DNA from: an uncultured Chloroflexia bacterium
GTDB taxonomy: Bacteria; Chloroflexota; Dehalococcoidia; UBA2979
DNA: 64,000 nucleotides
Assembly (NCBI GenBank): GCA_963728205.1
Contig: CAVSIV010000006.1
Span: 1,472,001 to 1,536,000 of the forward strand
Direction of reading: 5' to 3'
A model generated the notes under the pieces. That model saw only the letters and a program-made list of their open reading frames with translations. It was not told the origin of the DNA and searched no databases. Position 1 is the stretch's first letter; every line of letters begins with the position of its first letter. The position numbers were made by a program, and so were the translations under genes. This document shows positions 1 through 9,320 of the stretch, in pieces.

Positions 1-602
1 CTCGCTGGCCGCCGCTTACGAGTCGGTGATCCGGCACGTCGGCGAACAGGGCATCCGCATCGATCACCCGCGCCAGGGCGACGAGGCGATGGCGCTCGCG
101 CCCGGCGACGACATCGCAGTGTTCGTCCAGCAGGCCGGGCGCATCTACCGCCTGGTGAGCCGCGTGCGGCTGCTCGAGCAGAATCCCGCTCGACGCGGTC
201 GTGCTCGAGCACCCGACGGAGGCCGACCATTCGGAGCGGCGCCAGTTCTACCGCCTGCTCACCACGCTCGAGCCGCGCTACGCGGCGCGGGTGAGCACGG
301 AGGGCGAGGAGCTGGAGCGCGTCGAGGCGCGCATCCTCGACCTCAGCGGCGGTGGCATGCAGCTGCACACGCGGCACTGGCTGCCGGTGGGCGCACGCCT
401 CCGCCTGATCTTCGCGCTCGAGAACGACCCGCAGGACGTCGACGCCCTCGCCACCGTCCTCTCCGTCGTGCGGCCGGGTGCGAGTCGCGCCTTCTATCGC
501 GTGCACTGCCGGTTCATCGATCTGGCGCGCTCGGAGCGCGAGCGCATCGTGCGCTTCATCTTTCGCAAGCAGATCGACTTCCGGAAGAAGGGGGTCGGAT
601 GA
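1..602 (+). CDS. PilZ-domain flagellar brake protein (YcgR/MotI-like); 5' end outside window, one frameshift near 185
   Basis: PilZ motifs RRQFYR and DLSGGG in the 201-602 frame; the N-terminal YcgR-like part is in the 26-180 frame; flagellar context. Confidence 0.8.
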
Positions 603-928
603 TGCCGATCCTCGGTCTCGGGCTGGCGGTCTCCGGCATCGCCTTCCTCGGCGTCGCATGGCTGTCGTGGTCGGCCGGCTTCCCCGCGGAGGTCGCGCTG
701 CTGCGCGGGCTGATCGCGTTCATGGCGATCAACTTCGTCGCGTACCTCGGCGAGCTGGTGGTGGCGACGGCGCCGCCGGTGGAGCGCGCCGAGGCGGAAG
801 CGGAGCACGAGGACGAGCGGGCGCACGCGCCCGAGAGCATGTCATCGCGAGAACCGGCTGCGGGCGTCGAGCCCGGCCGAGAGCCCATCCCGTTGCGCCC
901 TGAACTCGAAGAGCGCCGGGCGGCATGA
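599..928 (+). CDS. Small two-TM hypothetical membrane protein
   Basis: ATGA overlap with the PilZ stop; MMPILGLGLAVSGIAFLGVAWLSW... has two hydrophobic segments and an acidic tail. Confidence 0.65.
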   Translation: MMPILGLGLAVSGIAFLGVAWLSWSAGFPAEVALLRGLIAFMAINFVAYLGELVVATAPPVERAEAEAEHEDERAHAPESMSSREPAAGVEPGREPIPLRPELEERRAA

Positions 929-946
929 GCGAGAAGGTCGTGACCT

Positions 947-1888
947 GTGACTAAGCAGGCAAAGCAGCAGACCGAGCGCGCCCCGCGCGCCGTCCGAACG
1001 GCGCCGGCCACGGAGCCGGCGGCGCCCGCGGTCGCGGAGGCGACGATCACGCCGTTCCCGGCGCGGAAGCCGCAACCGACCGCCGCCCCGGCCGCCGGGC
1101 GCGCGTCGACGGCCGCCGAGCAGCTCCAGGCGTCGAACGCCGACCTCTGGGCGCGCTACACGAAGCGGCGCGATCAGCAGCTGCGCGAGGAGCTCATCCT
1201 CCAGTACGCGCCGCTCGTGAAGTACGTCATGGGGCGGCTCGCCATCAGCCTGCCCTCGATCCTCGACTACGAGGACATCCTCTCCTTCGGCACGATCGGC
1301 CTGATCGAGGCCGTGGAGCGCTTCGACCCGACCAAGGGCGTGAAGTTCGAGACCTACGCGATCTCCCGCATCCGCGGCGCGATCATCGACGCCCTGCGCT
1401 CGCTCGACCGCCTGCCCCGCTCCGTGCGCCAGAAGGCGAAGGAGGCCGACCAGGCCGTCCTTCACCTCACCCACGAGCTCGGCCGCGACCCGACCGACGA
1501 TGAGGTCGCCGGGCTGCTCGGCGTGTCGCCGGAGGCGTACCGCAAGCACCTGATCGACGCCTCGTGGGTCACGGTCTCGCTCGACGCGAACAGCTCGGGC
1601 GGCGACGAGGAGGACGACGTCGGGATGATGGGCGTCCCCGACCCCGACGAGGAGGACATCTCGGTCGGCCTCGAGCAGCAGGAGCTCATCGGGGAGCTGG
1701 GGGATGCGATTCGGGAACTCCCCGATAGGGAGCAGCTCGTGCTGTCCCTTTACTACAAGGACGAGCTGACCATGCGCGAGGTCAGCAAGGTGCTGGGCAT
1801 CTCCGAGTCGCGCGTGTGCCAGCTGCACGCGCGCGCACTGGGTCGGCTCCGCACCAGCATCGCGCGCATGCATGGAGCGGCCGCATGA
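947..1888 (+). CDS. fliA: RNA polymerase sigma-28 factor FliA/WhiG
   Basis: REELILQYAPLVKY, GLIEAVERFDPTKGVKFETYAISRIRGAIIDALRSLD, region-4 LTMREVSKVLGISESRVCQLH. Confidence 0.95.
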   Translation: MTKQAKQQTERAPRAVRTAPATEPAAPAVAEATITPFPARKPQPTAAPAAGRASTAAEQLQASNADLWARYTKRRDQQLREELILQYAPLVKYVMGRLAISLPSILDYEDILSFGTIGLIEAVERFDPTKGVKFETYAISRIRGAIIDALRSLDRLPRSVRQKAKEADQAVLHLTHELGRDPTDDEVAGLLGVSPEAYRKHLIDASWVTVSLDANSSGGDEEDDVGMMGVPDPDEEDISVGLEQQELIGELGDAIRELPDREQLVLSLYYKDELTMREVSKVLGISESRVCQLHARALGRLRTSIARMHGAAA

Positions 1889-2379
1889 GCACCCCGCTGC
1901 TGCTGAGCCTCTCGATCGGTCTGCCGGTCCTGCTGCTGGCGATCGGCGTCTTCTACCACGCCCGTGTGATCGCGCAGCAGCCGGCGGTGGACGCCCTCTC
2001 CGCGCACGTCGCCGAGCTCGCGACCTCCGACCACACCGACGAGCTGCTCGCCGAGCTCCAGCACTCGATGCACGCAATCCGCCAGCAGCTCGCGCAGCAG
2101 CGCGAGTCCCTCTCGGGCATGCTCAGCGACGAGGCCGCCCCGCGCGCCCGCACGGGCGCCCCGGCCGACCGCGCGCGCCGTGCCTCCGCCGCGGCGTCGC
2201 CACGCGCCGCCGCGCCGACCGCGAACCCGCTGCTCGGCATCGACCCCACGGTCGAGCTGCGCAGCGCCGTCGCCCGCCTCGTCGCGGAGGGCCTCTCGGA
2301 CCGCGCGATCGCCCGCCAGCTGCACATCGGCCTCGAAGAGGTGCGCATGGCACGCACGCGAACCGGGAGCGCCTCGTGA
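1885..2379 (+). CDS. Membrane-anchored protein with coiled coil and C-terminal HTH-like motif (SwrB/YlxL-like position after the sigma gene)
   Basis: ATGA overlap with fliA; N-terminal TM; C-terminal GLSDRAIARQLHIGLEEV. Confidence 0.6.
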   Translation: MSTPLLLSLSIGLPVLLLAIGVFYHARVIAQQPAVDALSAHVAELATSDHTDELLAELQHSMHAIRQQLAQQRESLSGMLSDEAAPRARTGAPADRARRASAAASPRAAAPTANPLLGIDPTVELRSAVARLVAEGLSDRAIARQLHIGLEEVRMARTRTGSAS

Positions 2380-3053
2380 CCCGTTCCGCCCGCCGCCGCG
2401 CCGCCCCGCTGCTGAGCGCCGCCCTGGTCGCCGCCGTACTGGCGGCCGCGGGGCTCGCGTCGCTGCTCGGCGCCCGCTCGCCGGCGCGCGCCAACGGGGT
2501 GCCCACCGACGTGCAGCTCTCGTACATCAAGCTCTCGAACTGGGGCCCGCAGGACGCCACCGGCACCGCGCAGCTCATGTTCTCGGAGGGCCTGGTCAAC
2601 CTCACCGCGCAGGGCCTCACCCCGCTCAGCAATGAGCAGTACCAGGGCTGGCTGGTGAACTCGCAGACCGGCGACGCCATCACGTTCGGGCGCTTCAACG
2701 CCGCCGCCGACGGCAGCGTCACCTACCAGGGCAAGCTGCCGCCGCTGTCGAACTTCGGCTTCGACCTCGTGATCCTCACGGTCGAGCCGCAGCCCGACGA
2801 CGCCCCGCAGCCGACCGCGCAGCGCAGCATCGGCGGGTACTTCTCGCTGATCGGGCAGACGAGCCCCGACGGCTCGAGCGCGAGCGACGCCGGGGCCGGC
2901 ACCTCCGGATCCGGCTCGCTGCAGTCGCCGGGCCAGCTCCCGAACACCGGGGACCCGACGCTCGTCACCGACATCGCCCGGGTCGGCGTGCTGCTCGGGA
3001 TCATGGGGCTGTCGGTCTTCGTCGGCCTGCGGCTGGGTCGGAGGTCCGCATGA
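2376..3053 (+). CDS. Secreted protein with RskA-like beta domain and LPXTG sorting signal
   Basis: GTGA overlap; signal peptide ending ARA; YQGWLVN..GRF..LTVEP pattern; LPNTG (2937-2951) followed by a TM and the basic tail RLGRRSA. Confidence 0.75.
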   Translation: MTRSARRRAAPLLSAALVAAVLAAAGLASLLGARSPARANGVPTDVQLSYIKLSNWGPQDATGTAQLMFSEGLVNLTAQGLTPLSNEQYQGWLVNSQTGDAITFGRFNAAADGSVTYQGKLPPLSNFGFDLVILTVEPQPDDAPQPTAQRSIGGYFSLIGQTSPDGSSASDAGAGTSGSGSLQSPGQLPNTGDPTLVTDIARVGVLLGIMGLSVFVGLRLGRRSA

Positions 3054-3883
3054 TTCGCGCGCTCTACACCGCGGCGTCGGGGCTCGAGACCGGCCTGCAC
3101 ATGCAGGAGTCGGTCGCCGAGAACCTCGCCAACGCCGACACCACCGGCTTCAAGACCGAGCGCCAGGCCGCGAGCGAGTTCGCCGGCGTACTGGCGAAGA
3201 GCATCGGCAACGCGCCCGTGCCCGTGCCGCTCGCGCTCGAACGCGTGCTCGGGCGCGTCGGCACCGGCTCGTTCGTCGACAAGCGCCGCGTCGCGCTCGA
3301 CGAGGGCACCGCGCAGTCGACGGGCCGCCCGCTCGACGTGATGGTGCAGGGCAGCGGCTTCTTCGTCGTGCAGGGCGCCGACGGCTCCACGCAGTACACG
3401 CGCGACGGCCACTTCATGCGCGACAAGCAGAATCGGCTCACGACCGCCGAGGGCGATCTCGTGCTCGACCAGAACGGCGCGCCAATCACGCTCGACACCG
3501 ACAACCTGCGCATCGACGGCTCCGGCCAGGTCTTCACGCGCACGCCGGTGCAGGTGACGCAGCCCGACGGCAGCGTGAAGACGGACCTCCAGGAGAACCT
3601 CGCGGCCACGCTCCAGGTGGTGACCGCCGACCCGACGCAGCTGGTGCGCGCCGGCCGCTCCGCGTTCACGCTCGTCCCGGGCGCGTCGGTCCAGCCGGCG
3701 CAGCTCGGCGGCGCCTCTCAGGTGCTGCAGGGCGCGCTCGAGCAGTCGAACGTCGACGTCACCTCCACGTCCACGCAGCTGATGTCGCTCTCGCGCGACT
3801 TCTCCGCGAGCCAGCACGTGTTCTCGACGATCAACGACACACTGCAGTCGGCCGTGAACGACGTCGGACGGGTGCAGCGATGA
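3050..3883 (+). CDS. flgF: Flagellar basal-body rod protein (FlgF/FlhO-like)
   Basis: MIRALYTAASGL..ENLANADTTGFK, YTRDGHF, QGALEQSNVD. Confidence 0.85.
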   Translation: MIRALYTAASGLETGLHMQESVAENLANADTTGFKTERQAASEFAGVLAKSIGNAPVPVPLALERVLGRVGTGSFVDKRRVALDEGTAQSTGRPLDVMVQGSGFFVVQGADGSTQYTRDGHFMRDKQNRLTTAEGDLVLDQNGAPITLDTDNLRIDGSGQVFTRTPVQVTQPDGSVKTDLQENLAATLQVVTADPTQLVRAGRSAFTLVPGASVQPAQLGGASQVLQGALEQSNVDVTSTSTQLMSLSRDFSASQHVFSTINDTLQSAVNDVGRVQR

Positions 3884-5061
3884 GCGCGCCCCTCGACGCC
3901 GCCCTGAGCGGGATGCTCGCGCACGAGCGGGGCATGGACCTCGTCGCGAACAACCTCGCGAACGTGAACACGACCGGCTACAAGCGCGCGGTCGTGCACT
4001 TCCAGGACGTGCTCGACAGCGCCGGCGTCCTCGCGGTGCTGAACGGCCGGGTCCCCGCCGGCGGCGCCGTCACGGCGACCGGCGTGCGCTCTACCGCGGT
4101 CACGCGCGACTTTGCCGAGGGCACGCTGGTCGTGACCGGCCAGCCGTACGACCTCGCCATCGACGGATCCGGCTTCTTCCGCGTGAAGCTCGCCGACGGC
4201 TCAACGGCCTACACGCGCGACGGCAACTTCCTGCTCGACGCGCAGCGCCGCCTCACCACGCAGGACGGCAACCTGGTCGACCCGCCGATCACGATCCCCG
4301 ACGGCTCGCACGACGTGTCGATCGCGCTCGACGGCACGGTCAGCGCGGTACGCCCCTCCACGCCCGCCGAGCTCGCCGCGCTGCCGCCCGGGTCGCCCGA
4401 CCTGGGCGTGCGCGAGGACATCGGCCGCATCGGACTCACGCGCTTCGAGAACCTCGACGGCCTGGCCTCGATCGGCCAGAACCTCTACGTGCTCGCGGCG
4501 CCGACCGGCAGCTCGATCGCGAGCCTCCAGCCGGTGGGGCAGAGCGTGGACGCGGCCGTGCCGCTTGCGCAGGCGGGGCTCGACGTCGCGCCCGTCGCCG
4601 GCACGTTCACCGTGAACGGCACGGCGATCGCGTTCGACCCGGCCGTCGACTCACTCAACGACGTCGTCGCGCGCGTCAACGCGTCGACCGCGGGCGTCAC
4701 GGCGGCGTACGACGCGAGCCGCCAGATGCTCACCATCGCGAACACCGCGCCGGGCACCACACCGGTCGCGCTGGCGGACACGTCCGGCAACTTCCTGCAG
4801 TCGATGCAGCTGCTCGACGCGACCGGCGCGGCGATCGGCAGCACGACGCAGGGCGTCGGCGCGCAGACCCCGATCGACACGTTCCCGGGCGAGAACAACG
4901 CCGGCGTCGTGCGCGCCGGGTTCCTCGAGTCGTCGAACGTGGACGTGGCGGTCGAGATGACCAACCTCATGCTCAGCGCACGCGCGTACCAGCTCAACCT
5001 CAGCGCCTACAAGACGATCGAGCAGATGCTCGCGGCAGCGAACCAGCTGCCGGGCGTCTAG
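3880..5061 (+). CDS. flgG: Flagellar distal rod protein (FlgG/FlhP-like) with internal insertion
   Basis: ANNLANVNTTGYK, GSGFFRV..YTRDGNF, GFLESSNVDVAVEMTNLM; 393 aa, longer than typical. Confidence 0.8.
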   Translation: MSAPLDAALSGMLAHERGMDLVANNLANVNTTGYKRAVVHFQDVLDSAGVLAVLNGRVPAGGAVTATGVRSTAVTRDFAEGTLVVTGQPYDLAIDGSGFFRVKLADGSTAYTRDGNFLLDAQRRLTTQDGNLVDPPITIPDGSHDVSIALDGTVSAVRPSTPAELAALPPGSPDLGVREDIGRIGLTRFENLDGLASIGQNLYVLAAPTGSSIASLQPVGQSVDAAVPLAQAGLDVAPVAGTFTVNGTAIAFDPAVDSLNDVVARVNASTAGVTAAYDASRQMLTIANTAPGTTPVALADTSGNFLQSMQLLDATGAAIGSTTQGVGAQTPIDTFPGENNAGVVRAGFLESSNVDVAVEMTNLMLSARAYQLNLSAYKTIEQMLAAANQLPGV

Positions 5062-5089
5062 CCGCGAGCGGCGCGGGAAGGCTCTTACC

Positions 5090-5407
5090 ATGCAGCCGAT
5101 TCGTCCCCAGGATGCGTCCAGCATCTACCAGCGCCAGGCGGTGCAGGGCGCGGCCGCGAGCGGCGCCGACGCCACGGCGCGCCGCGCGGCGGGCACGAAC
5201 GACGCGCGCCCGGGCCGCCGCACCGACCGCGTGACGGTCTCGGCGCAGGCGCAGGAGCTCTACCGCGCGATGCAGGCCGTCGCGCAGCAGGGCGACGTGC
5301 GCGAGGACCGCGTGGCCGCGCTGCGCCAGCAGATCGCGAGCGGCATGTACAGCGTCGACGCGAACGGCATCGCGCAGCGGCTCGTCGAAGACGGGTTCAC
5401 ATCGTGA
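5090..5407 (+). CDS. flgM: Anti-sigma-28 factor FlgM
   Basis: DRVTVSAQA..VREDRVAALRQQIASGMYSVDANGIAQRL. Confidence 0.9.
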   Translation: MQPIRPQDASSIYQRQAVQGAAASGADATARRAAGTNDARPGRRTDRVTVSAQAQELYRAMQAVAQQGDVREDRVAALRQQIASGMYSVDANGIAQRLVEDGFTS

Positions 5408-5970
5408 GCCGCCGGCCGGCCGCCCGCGGGGCTGCCGTGGCCGCGCCGGCCACCGACGCCGGCGAGGGCGCGTTGCTCGACGGCGTGCGCTCGCTGCACG
5501 CGTCGCTCGACACGCAGCGCGCGATCTACACCGAGATGCTCGACCTCACCGAGCGCGAGGAAGCGGCGATCGTCTGCGGCGACGTCGCGGCGCTGACGCG
5601 GCTCGTCGAGGAGAAGGAGACGCTGATCGAGCACCTCAACGTGCTCGAGACCGAGCGCATGACGGCGCTCGTCGCGATCGCCTCGGCCACGGGGATCGAC
5701 CCCGGTGCCGCCACGCTCTCCGACGTCGCGGCGCACCTGCCGCGCGCGGCGGCGCTCGCGCTCACCGAGAGCGGCGTCGAGCTGCGCGCGCAGGCCATCG
5801 CGCTGCGCGAGGCGAACGACCGCAACGCGCGGCTGCTGCGCAGCAGCCGCGACGTGGTCGACCGCTGGATCCACTACCTGCGCGTCTTCCTCAGCGGCGC
5901 CCTCTATACCTCCGGCGGCACGACCGCCGAGGCCGCGCCGGCGCGGCGCGCGCTCGACCGATCGGCGTAG
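5404..5970 (+). CDS. flgN: Flagellar export chaperone FlgN
   Basis: Helical protein between flgM and flgK; LREANDRNARLL..Y pattern. Confidence 0.8.
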   Translation: MSRRPAARGAAVAAPATDAGEGALLDGVRSLHASLDTQRAIYTEMLDLTEREEAAIVCGDVAALTRLVEEKETLIEHLNVLETERMTALVAIASATGIDPGAATLSDVAAHLPRAAALALTESGVELRAQAIALREANDRNARLLRSSRDVVDRWIHYLRVFLSGALYTSGGTTAEAAPARRALDRSA

Positions 5971-5980
5971 GGATCGCCCC

Positions 5981-7360
5981 GTGAGCCTCTCCGTCGGGCT
6001 GAACACGATGATGCGCGCGCTGATCGCGCAGCAGACGGCGCTCGACACGACGTCGCAGAACATCGCGAACGTCAACACGCCCGGCTACTCGCGCCAGCGC
6101 GTCAAGCTCGTCGCGGTCCCGCCGGCGAACCCGCTCGTGCCCGGCACGCCCGGCGGCGGCGTGGACGTGAGGGGCATCCAGCGCATCCACGACATGTTCA
6201 TCGACTTCCAGCGCCGCGGCGAGCAGAGCTCGTCGACGTTCTACTCCACGAAGTCCGACTCGCTGCAGCTGGTGCAGGCCGCGTACAACGAGCCCGGCGA
6301 CGGCGGGCTCGCCCACGCGCTCACGAGCTTCTTCAACGCCTGGCGCGACGTCTCGAACGACCCGGGTCAGTCGGCCATGCGGTCCGCCGTCGTGCAGGCC
6401 GGCTCCACGCTCGCCTTCGCGGCGAAGAACCTCCACACCTCGCTCACCCAGCTCCGCGACGACGCGAACAAGCGCGTGGTCTCCGACGTCTCCGAGATCA
6501 ACACGCTCAGCACGCAGATCGCCGACCTCAACCAGAAGATCGTCGCGCTGCGCGCCGTCGGCGACCCCGGCAGCGACCTCAGCGACCAGCGCGACCAGGC
6601 GCTCGACCGCCTCGCGCAGCTGGGGAACATCTCGTACACCGAGGACGACAGCGGCTCCGTCAGCATCTCGATCGGCGGGCGCACGCTCGTCGCCGGCGCG
6701 ACGGTCGCGAAGCTGCAGACGACGCCGAACGTGCTGAACAACAATTACGTCGACGTGCAGTGGGCGTCCGACGGCACCGCCGCGACCATCAGCAGCGGCG
6801 AGATCGGCGGCCTGCTCGACCAGCGCGACAACGACCTCCCCCAGCGCCTGACCGACCTCAACTCGCTGATGAGCCAGGTGATCACCGACGTCAACGCCGC
6901 GCACGCCGCCGGCTATGCGCTCGACGGCGTGACGACGGGGACGAACTTCTTCTCGGGCACCGACGCCACCAACATGGCGGTCGACCCGGCGGTGCAGGGC
7001 AACCTCGACCTCGTCGCCGCCGCCACGGCCACCGCGTCGCCCGGCGACGGCAGCAACGCACTCACGATCGCCGACCTGCAGTCGTCGCTGAGCATGGGCG
7101 GCGGCACGCAGACCTTCGGCGATTTCTACAACTCGATGGTCACGGGGCTCGGCGTCGACGCGAAGAACGCGCAGACGCTCGCCGACTCGCAGCAGTCGAC
7201 GCTGCAGCACCTCGACCAGCTCCAGCAGGGCGTGTCGGGCGTGAACCTCGACGAGGAGATGGTGAACCTCACGCAGTACCAGCGAGGCTACGAGGCCTCG
7301 GCGCGCGTGGTGAGCGTCATCAACGAGATGCTCGACACGCTGATCAACAAGATGGTGTAG
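5981..7360 (+). CDS. flgK: Flagellar hook-associated protein FlgK
   Basis: GTG start; QNIANVNTPGYSRQ; SGVNLDEEMVNLTQYQRGYEASARVV. Confidence 0.95.
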   Translation: MSLSVGLNTMMRALIAQQTALDTTSQNIANVNTPGYSRQRVKLVAVPPANPLVPGTPGGGVDVRGIQRIHDMFIDFQRRGEQSSSTFYSTKSDSLQLVQAAYNEPGDGGLAHALTSFFNAWRDVSNDPGQSAMRSAVVQAGSTLAFAAKNLHTSLTQLRDDANKRVVSDVSEINTLSTQIADLNQKIVALRAVGDPGSDLSDQRDQALDRLAQLGNISYTEDDSGSVSISIGGRTLVAGATVAKLQTTPNVLNNNYVDVQWASDGTAATISSGEIGGLLDQRDNDLPQRLTDLNSLMSQVITDVNAAHAAGYALDGVTTGTNFFSGTDATNMAVDPAVQGNLDLVAAATATASPGDGSNALTIADLQSSLSMGGGTQTFGDFYNSMVTGLGVDAKNAQTLADSQQSTLQHLDQLQQGVSGVNLDEEMVNLTQYQRGYEASARVVSVINEMLDTLINKMV

Positions 7361-7364
7361 CCCG

Positions 7365-8249
7365 ATGCGCATCAGCAACGCCGGCCAGACCGCTCGCATC
7401 ACGAACCAGCTCGCGCAGGCGCAGCAGAAGCTGGCCGCCGCGCAGAACCTGATGACGAGCGGCAAGCGGATCATGCAGCCGTCGGACGACCCGTTTGGCA
7501 CCAGCCAGGTGCTGACGATGCAGTCGCAGCTCGACAACTCCGGGCAGTACCAGCGGAGCATCCAGCTGGCGAACGACGACCTCAGCGCGAGCGAGTCGGC
7601 GCTCGGCAACCTGGACTCGCTGCTGCAGCGCGCGAACGAGCTGGCGGTGCAGGCGGGCAACGCGTCGCTCGACTCGAGCGCGCGCGACCAGATCGCGTTC
7701 GAGGTCGACCGCCTGATCGACGAGGCGGTCTCGATCGGCAACACGAAGCAGGGCGGACGCTACATGTTCGCCGGCTTCCAGACCGGGACGAAGCCGTTCA
7801 CGCCGAACGCCGCCACGCCGACGGCGATCCCGTACGCGGGCGACAGCGGTCAGATCAACCGCGAGATCGGCGACGGCGAGACCGTCTCCGTGAACATCCC
7901 GGGCGACCAGGTGTTCAACGGTGTTTTCAACTCGCTGATGACGTTTCGCGACAACCTGCGCAGCAACAACGTCGCCGGCCTGCAGACGGACCCCTCGGCG
8001 TTCAACACGCAGCTGGAGAACGTGCTGCAGTTCCGCAGCACGATCGGTGCGACGACGCAGCGGCTCGACATGGCGCAGAACCGGCTCCAGGAGGGCGACC
8101 TCAGCCTGAAGTCGGAGATCAGCAAGCTGCAGGACGCGGACATGGTCGACGCGGTCACCCAGCTCCAGACGCGAAGCACCGCCTACCAGGCGGCGATGGC
8201 GGCGGCGGGCAAGGTGATGAGCTTCAGCCTGCTCGACTTCCTGCGGTAG
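7365..8249 (+). CDS. flgL: Flagellar hook-associated protein FlgL
   Basis: SGKRIMQPSDDP, GRYMFAG, YAGD, DADM..AYQAAM..SLLDFLR. Confidence 0.95.
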   Translation: MRISNAGQTARITNQLAQAQQKLAAAQNLMTSGKRIMQPSDDPFGTSQVLTMQSQLDNSGQYQRSIQLANDDLSASESALGNLDSLLQRANELAVQAGNASLDSSARDQIAFEVDRLIDEAVSIGNTKQGGRYMFAGFQTGTKPFTPNAATPTAIPYAGDSGQINREIGDGETVSVNIPGDQVFNGVFNSLMTFRDNLRSNNVAGLQTDPSAFNTQLENVLQFRSTIGATTQRLDMAQNRLQEGDLSLKSEISKLQDADMVDAVTQLQTRSTAYQAAMAAAGKVMSFSLLDFLR

Positions 8250-8277
8250 AACCACGGCCCGGTCCAAGGAGGACCCC

Positions 8278-8763
8278 ATGCAAGTGCGAACCACCCTGAC
8301 CGGCGTCGAGTCGACGATCGACGTCCCTGCGGAGCAGGTCTACGCGTTCGAGCCGGCGCTCGGGGGCTTCCCGGAGTACCGGCGCTACGTGCTGATCCCG
8401 GAGGCGGACTCGCCCGTCGAGTGGCTGCAGTCGGTGGACGATCCGGCGGTCGCCTTCGCGCTCGTGGAGCCGTTCCTGTTCGTCCCGGAGTACGCCTTCG
8501 AGATCCCGGAGCAGGACGTCCAGGCGCTCGGGTTGCGGTCGACCGACGACGCGGTCGTGCGCTGCATCGTGACGCTGCGGGAGGACCCCGCGGACATCAC
8601 GGCGAACCTGCTGGCGCCGCTGGTCTTCTGCCGCCGGACGCACCTGGCCCGGCAGATCATCCTGCAGGACGCGGACATGCCCATGCGCCATCCGCTCTTC
8701 GCGGAGGCCGTCGACGCCGTCGCCGACGTTGCCGACGAGCCCCGCATCGCGCGGAGCGCCTAG
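8278..8763 (+). CDS. fliW: Flagellar assembly factor FliW
   Basis: WLQSVDDPAVAFALVEPF, ITANLLAPLV; AGGAGG RBS. Confidence 0.93.
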   Translation: MQVRTTLTGVESTIDVPAEQVYAFEPALGGFPEYRRYVLIPEADSPVEWLQSVDDPAVAFALVEPFLFVPEYAFEIPEQDVQALGLRSTDDAVVRCIVTLREDPADITANLLAPLVFCRRTHLARQIILQDADMPMRHPLFAEAVDAVADVADEPRIARSA

Positions 8764-8765
8764 GT

Positions 8766-8793
8766 CTATCCGACCCGGCGGATTGGTCGATGG
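8766..8793 (+). promoter_or_regulatory. Possible sigma-28 promoter for csrA
   Basis: CTAT-N16-GTCGATGG loosely resembles TAAA-N15-GCCGATAA; weak match. Confidence 0.25.
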
Positions 8794-8889
8794 TCTAACT
8801 AGCGTCGTCTCGGGGCAGGTTCCCCGGAGGCGCGAGGCGGCTGTCGACCGGGGCGGACACCCGACGACACGCAGGGCAGGAGGCCGGCC

Positions 8890-9135
8890 GTGCTCATCCT
8901 CACGCGCAAGACCGAACAGGGCATCGTGATCGCCGGCGACATCGTCGTGCGCGTCCTCAGCATCGAGGGTGAGCGGGTCAAGATCGGGATCGACGCGCCG
9001 CGCGCCATCTCCGTGCTCCGCGAGGAGCTCGTCGAGGAGGTCTCGGGCGAGAACCGCGAGGCCGTGCGGCACCTCGGCAGCCGCGCGATCGCCGCCCAGC
9101 TGCGCCAGGTGAAGCGCGACCGCAAGGTCAGCTGA
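8890..9135 (+). CDS. csrA: Carbon storage regulator CsrA
   Basis: MLILTRK..IVI..VKIGIDAPRAISVLREEL; follows fliW. Confidence 0.95.
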   Translation: MLILTRKTEQGIVIAGDIVVRVLSIEGERVKIGIDAPRAISVLREELVEEVSGENREAVRHLGSRAIAAQLRQVKRDRKVS

Positions 9136-9286
9136 TCCCGACGGCGCGCGCGGGGCATACGCCCCGTGCTCGGCCACGCAACCCGCGTCCTGCCGCGCCG
9201 CCTCCGCCACGCCATCTCTTTCCGCGCCCGCGTTCGTGTTTCCCGAGCACGAAGCGTACGGCGCCGCGCTCGCCGCCTTCTCGAAC

Positions 9287-9320
9287 CTGAGAACTCGCTG
9301 AGATCACAATCTGTTTACAC
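9287..9320. promoter_or_regulatory. OmpR/PhoB-type direct-repeat boxes upstream of the response regulator
   Basis: CTGAGA-N5-CTGAGA (9287-9303; TCTCAG-N5-TCTCAG on the minus strand) followed by TCACAA-N5-TTACAC (9304-9320); 11-bp period. Confidence 0.5.

Noticed and set aside
26-928. 300-aa ORF as a single gene
   Set aside because: Chimera of the PilZ protein N-terminus, an off-frame stretch and the separate 599-928 gene.
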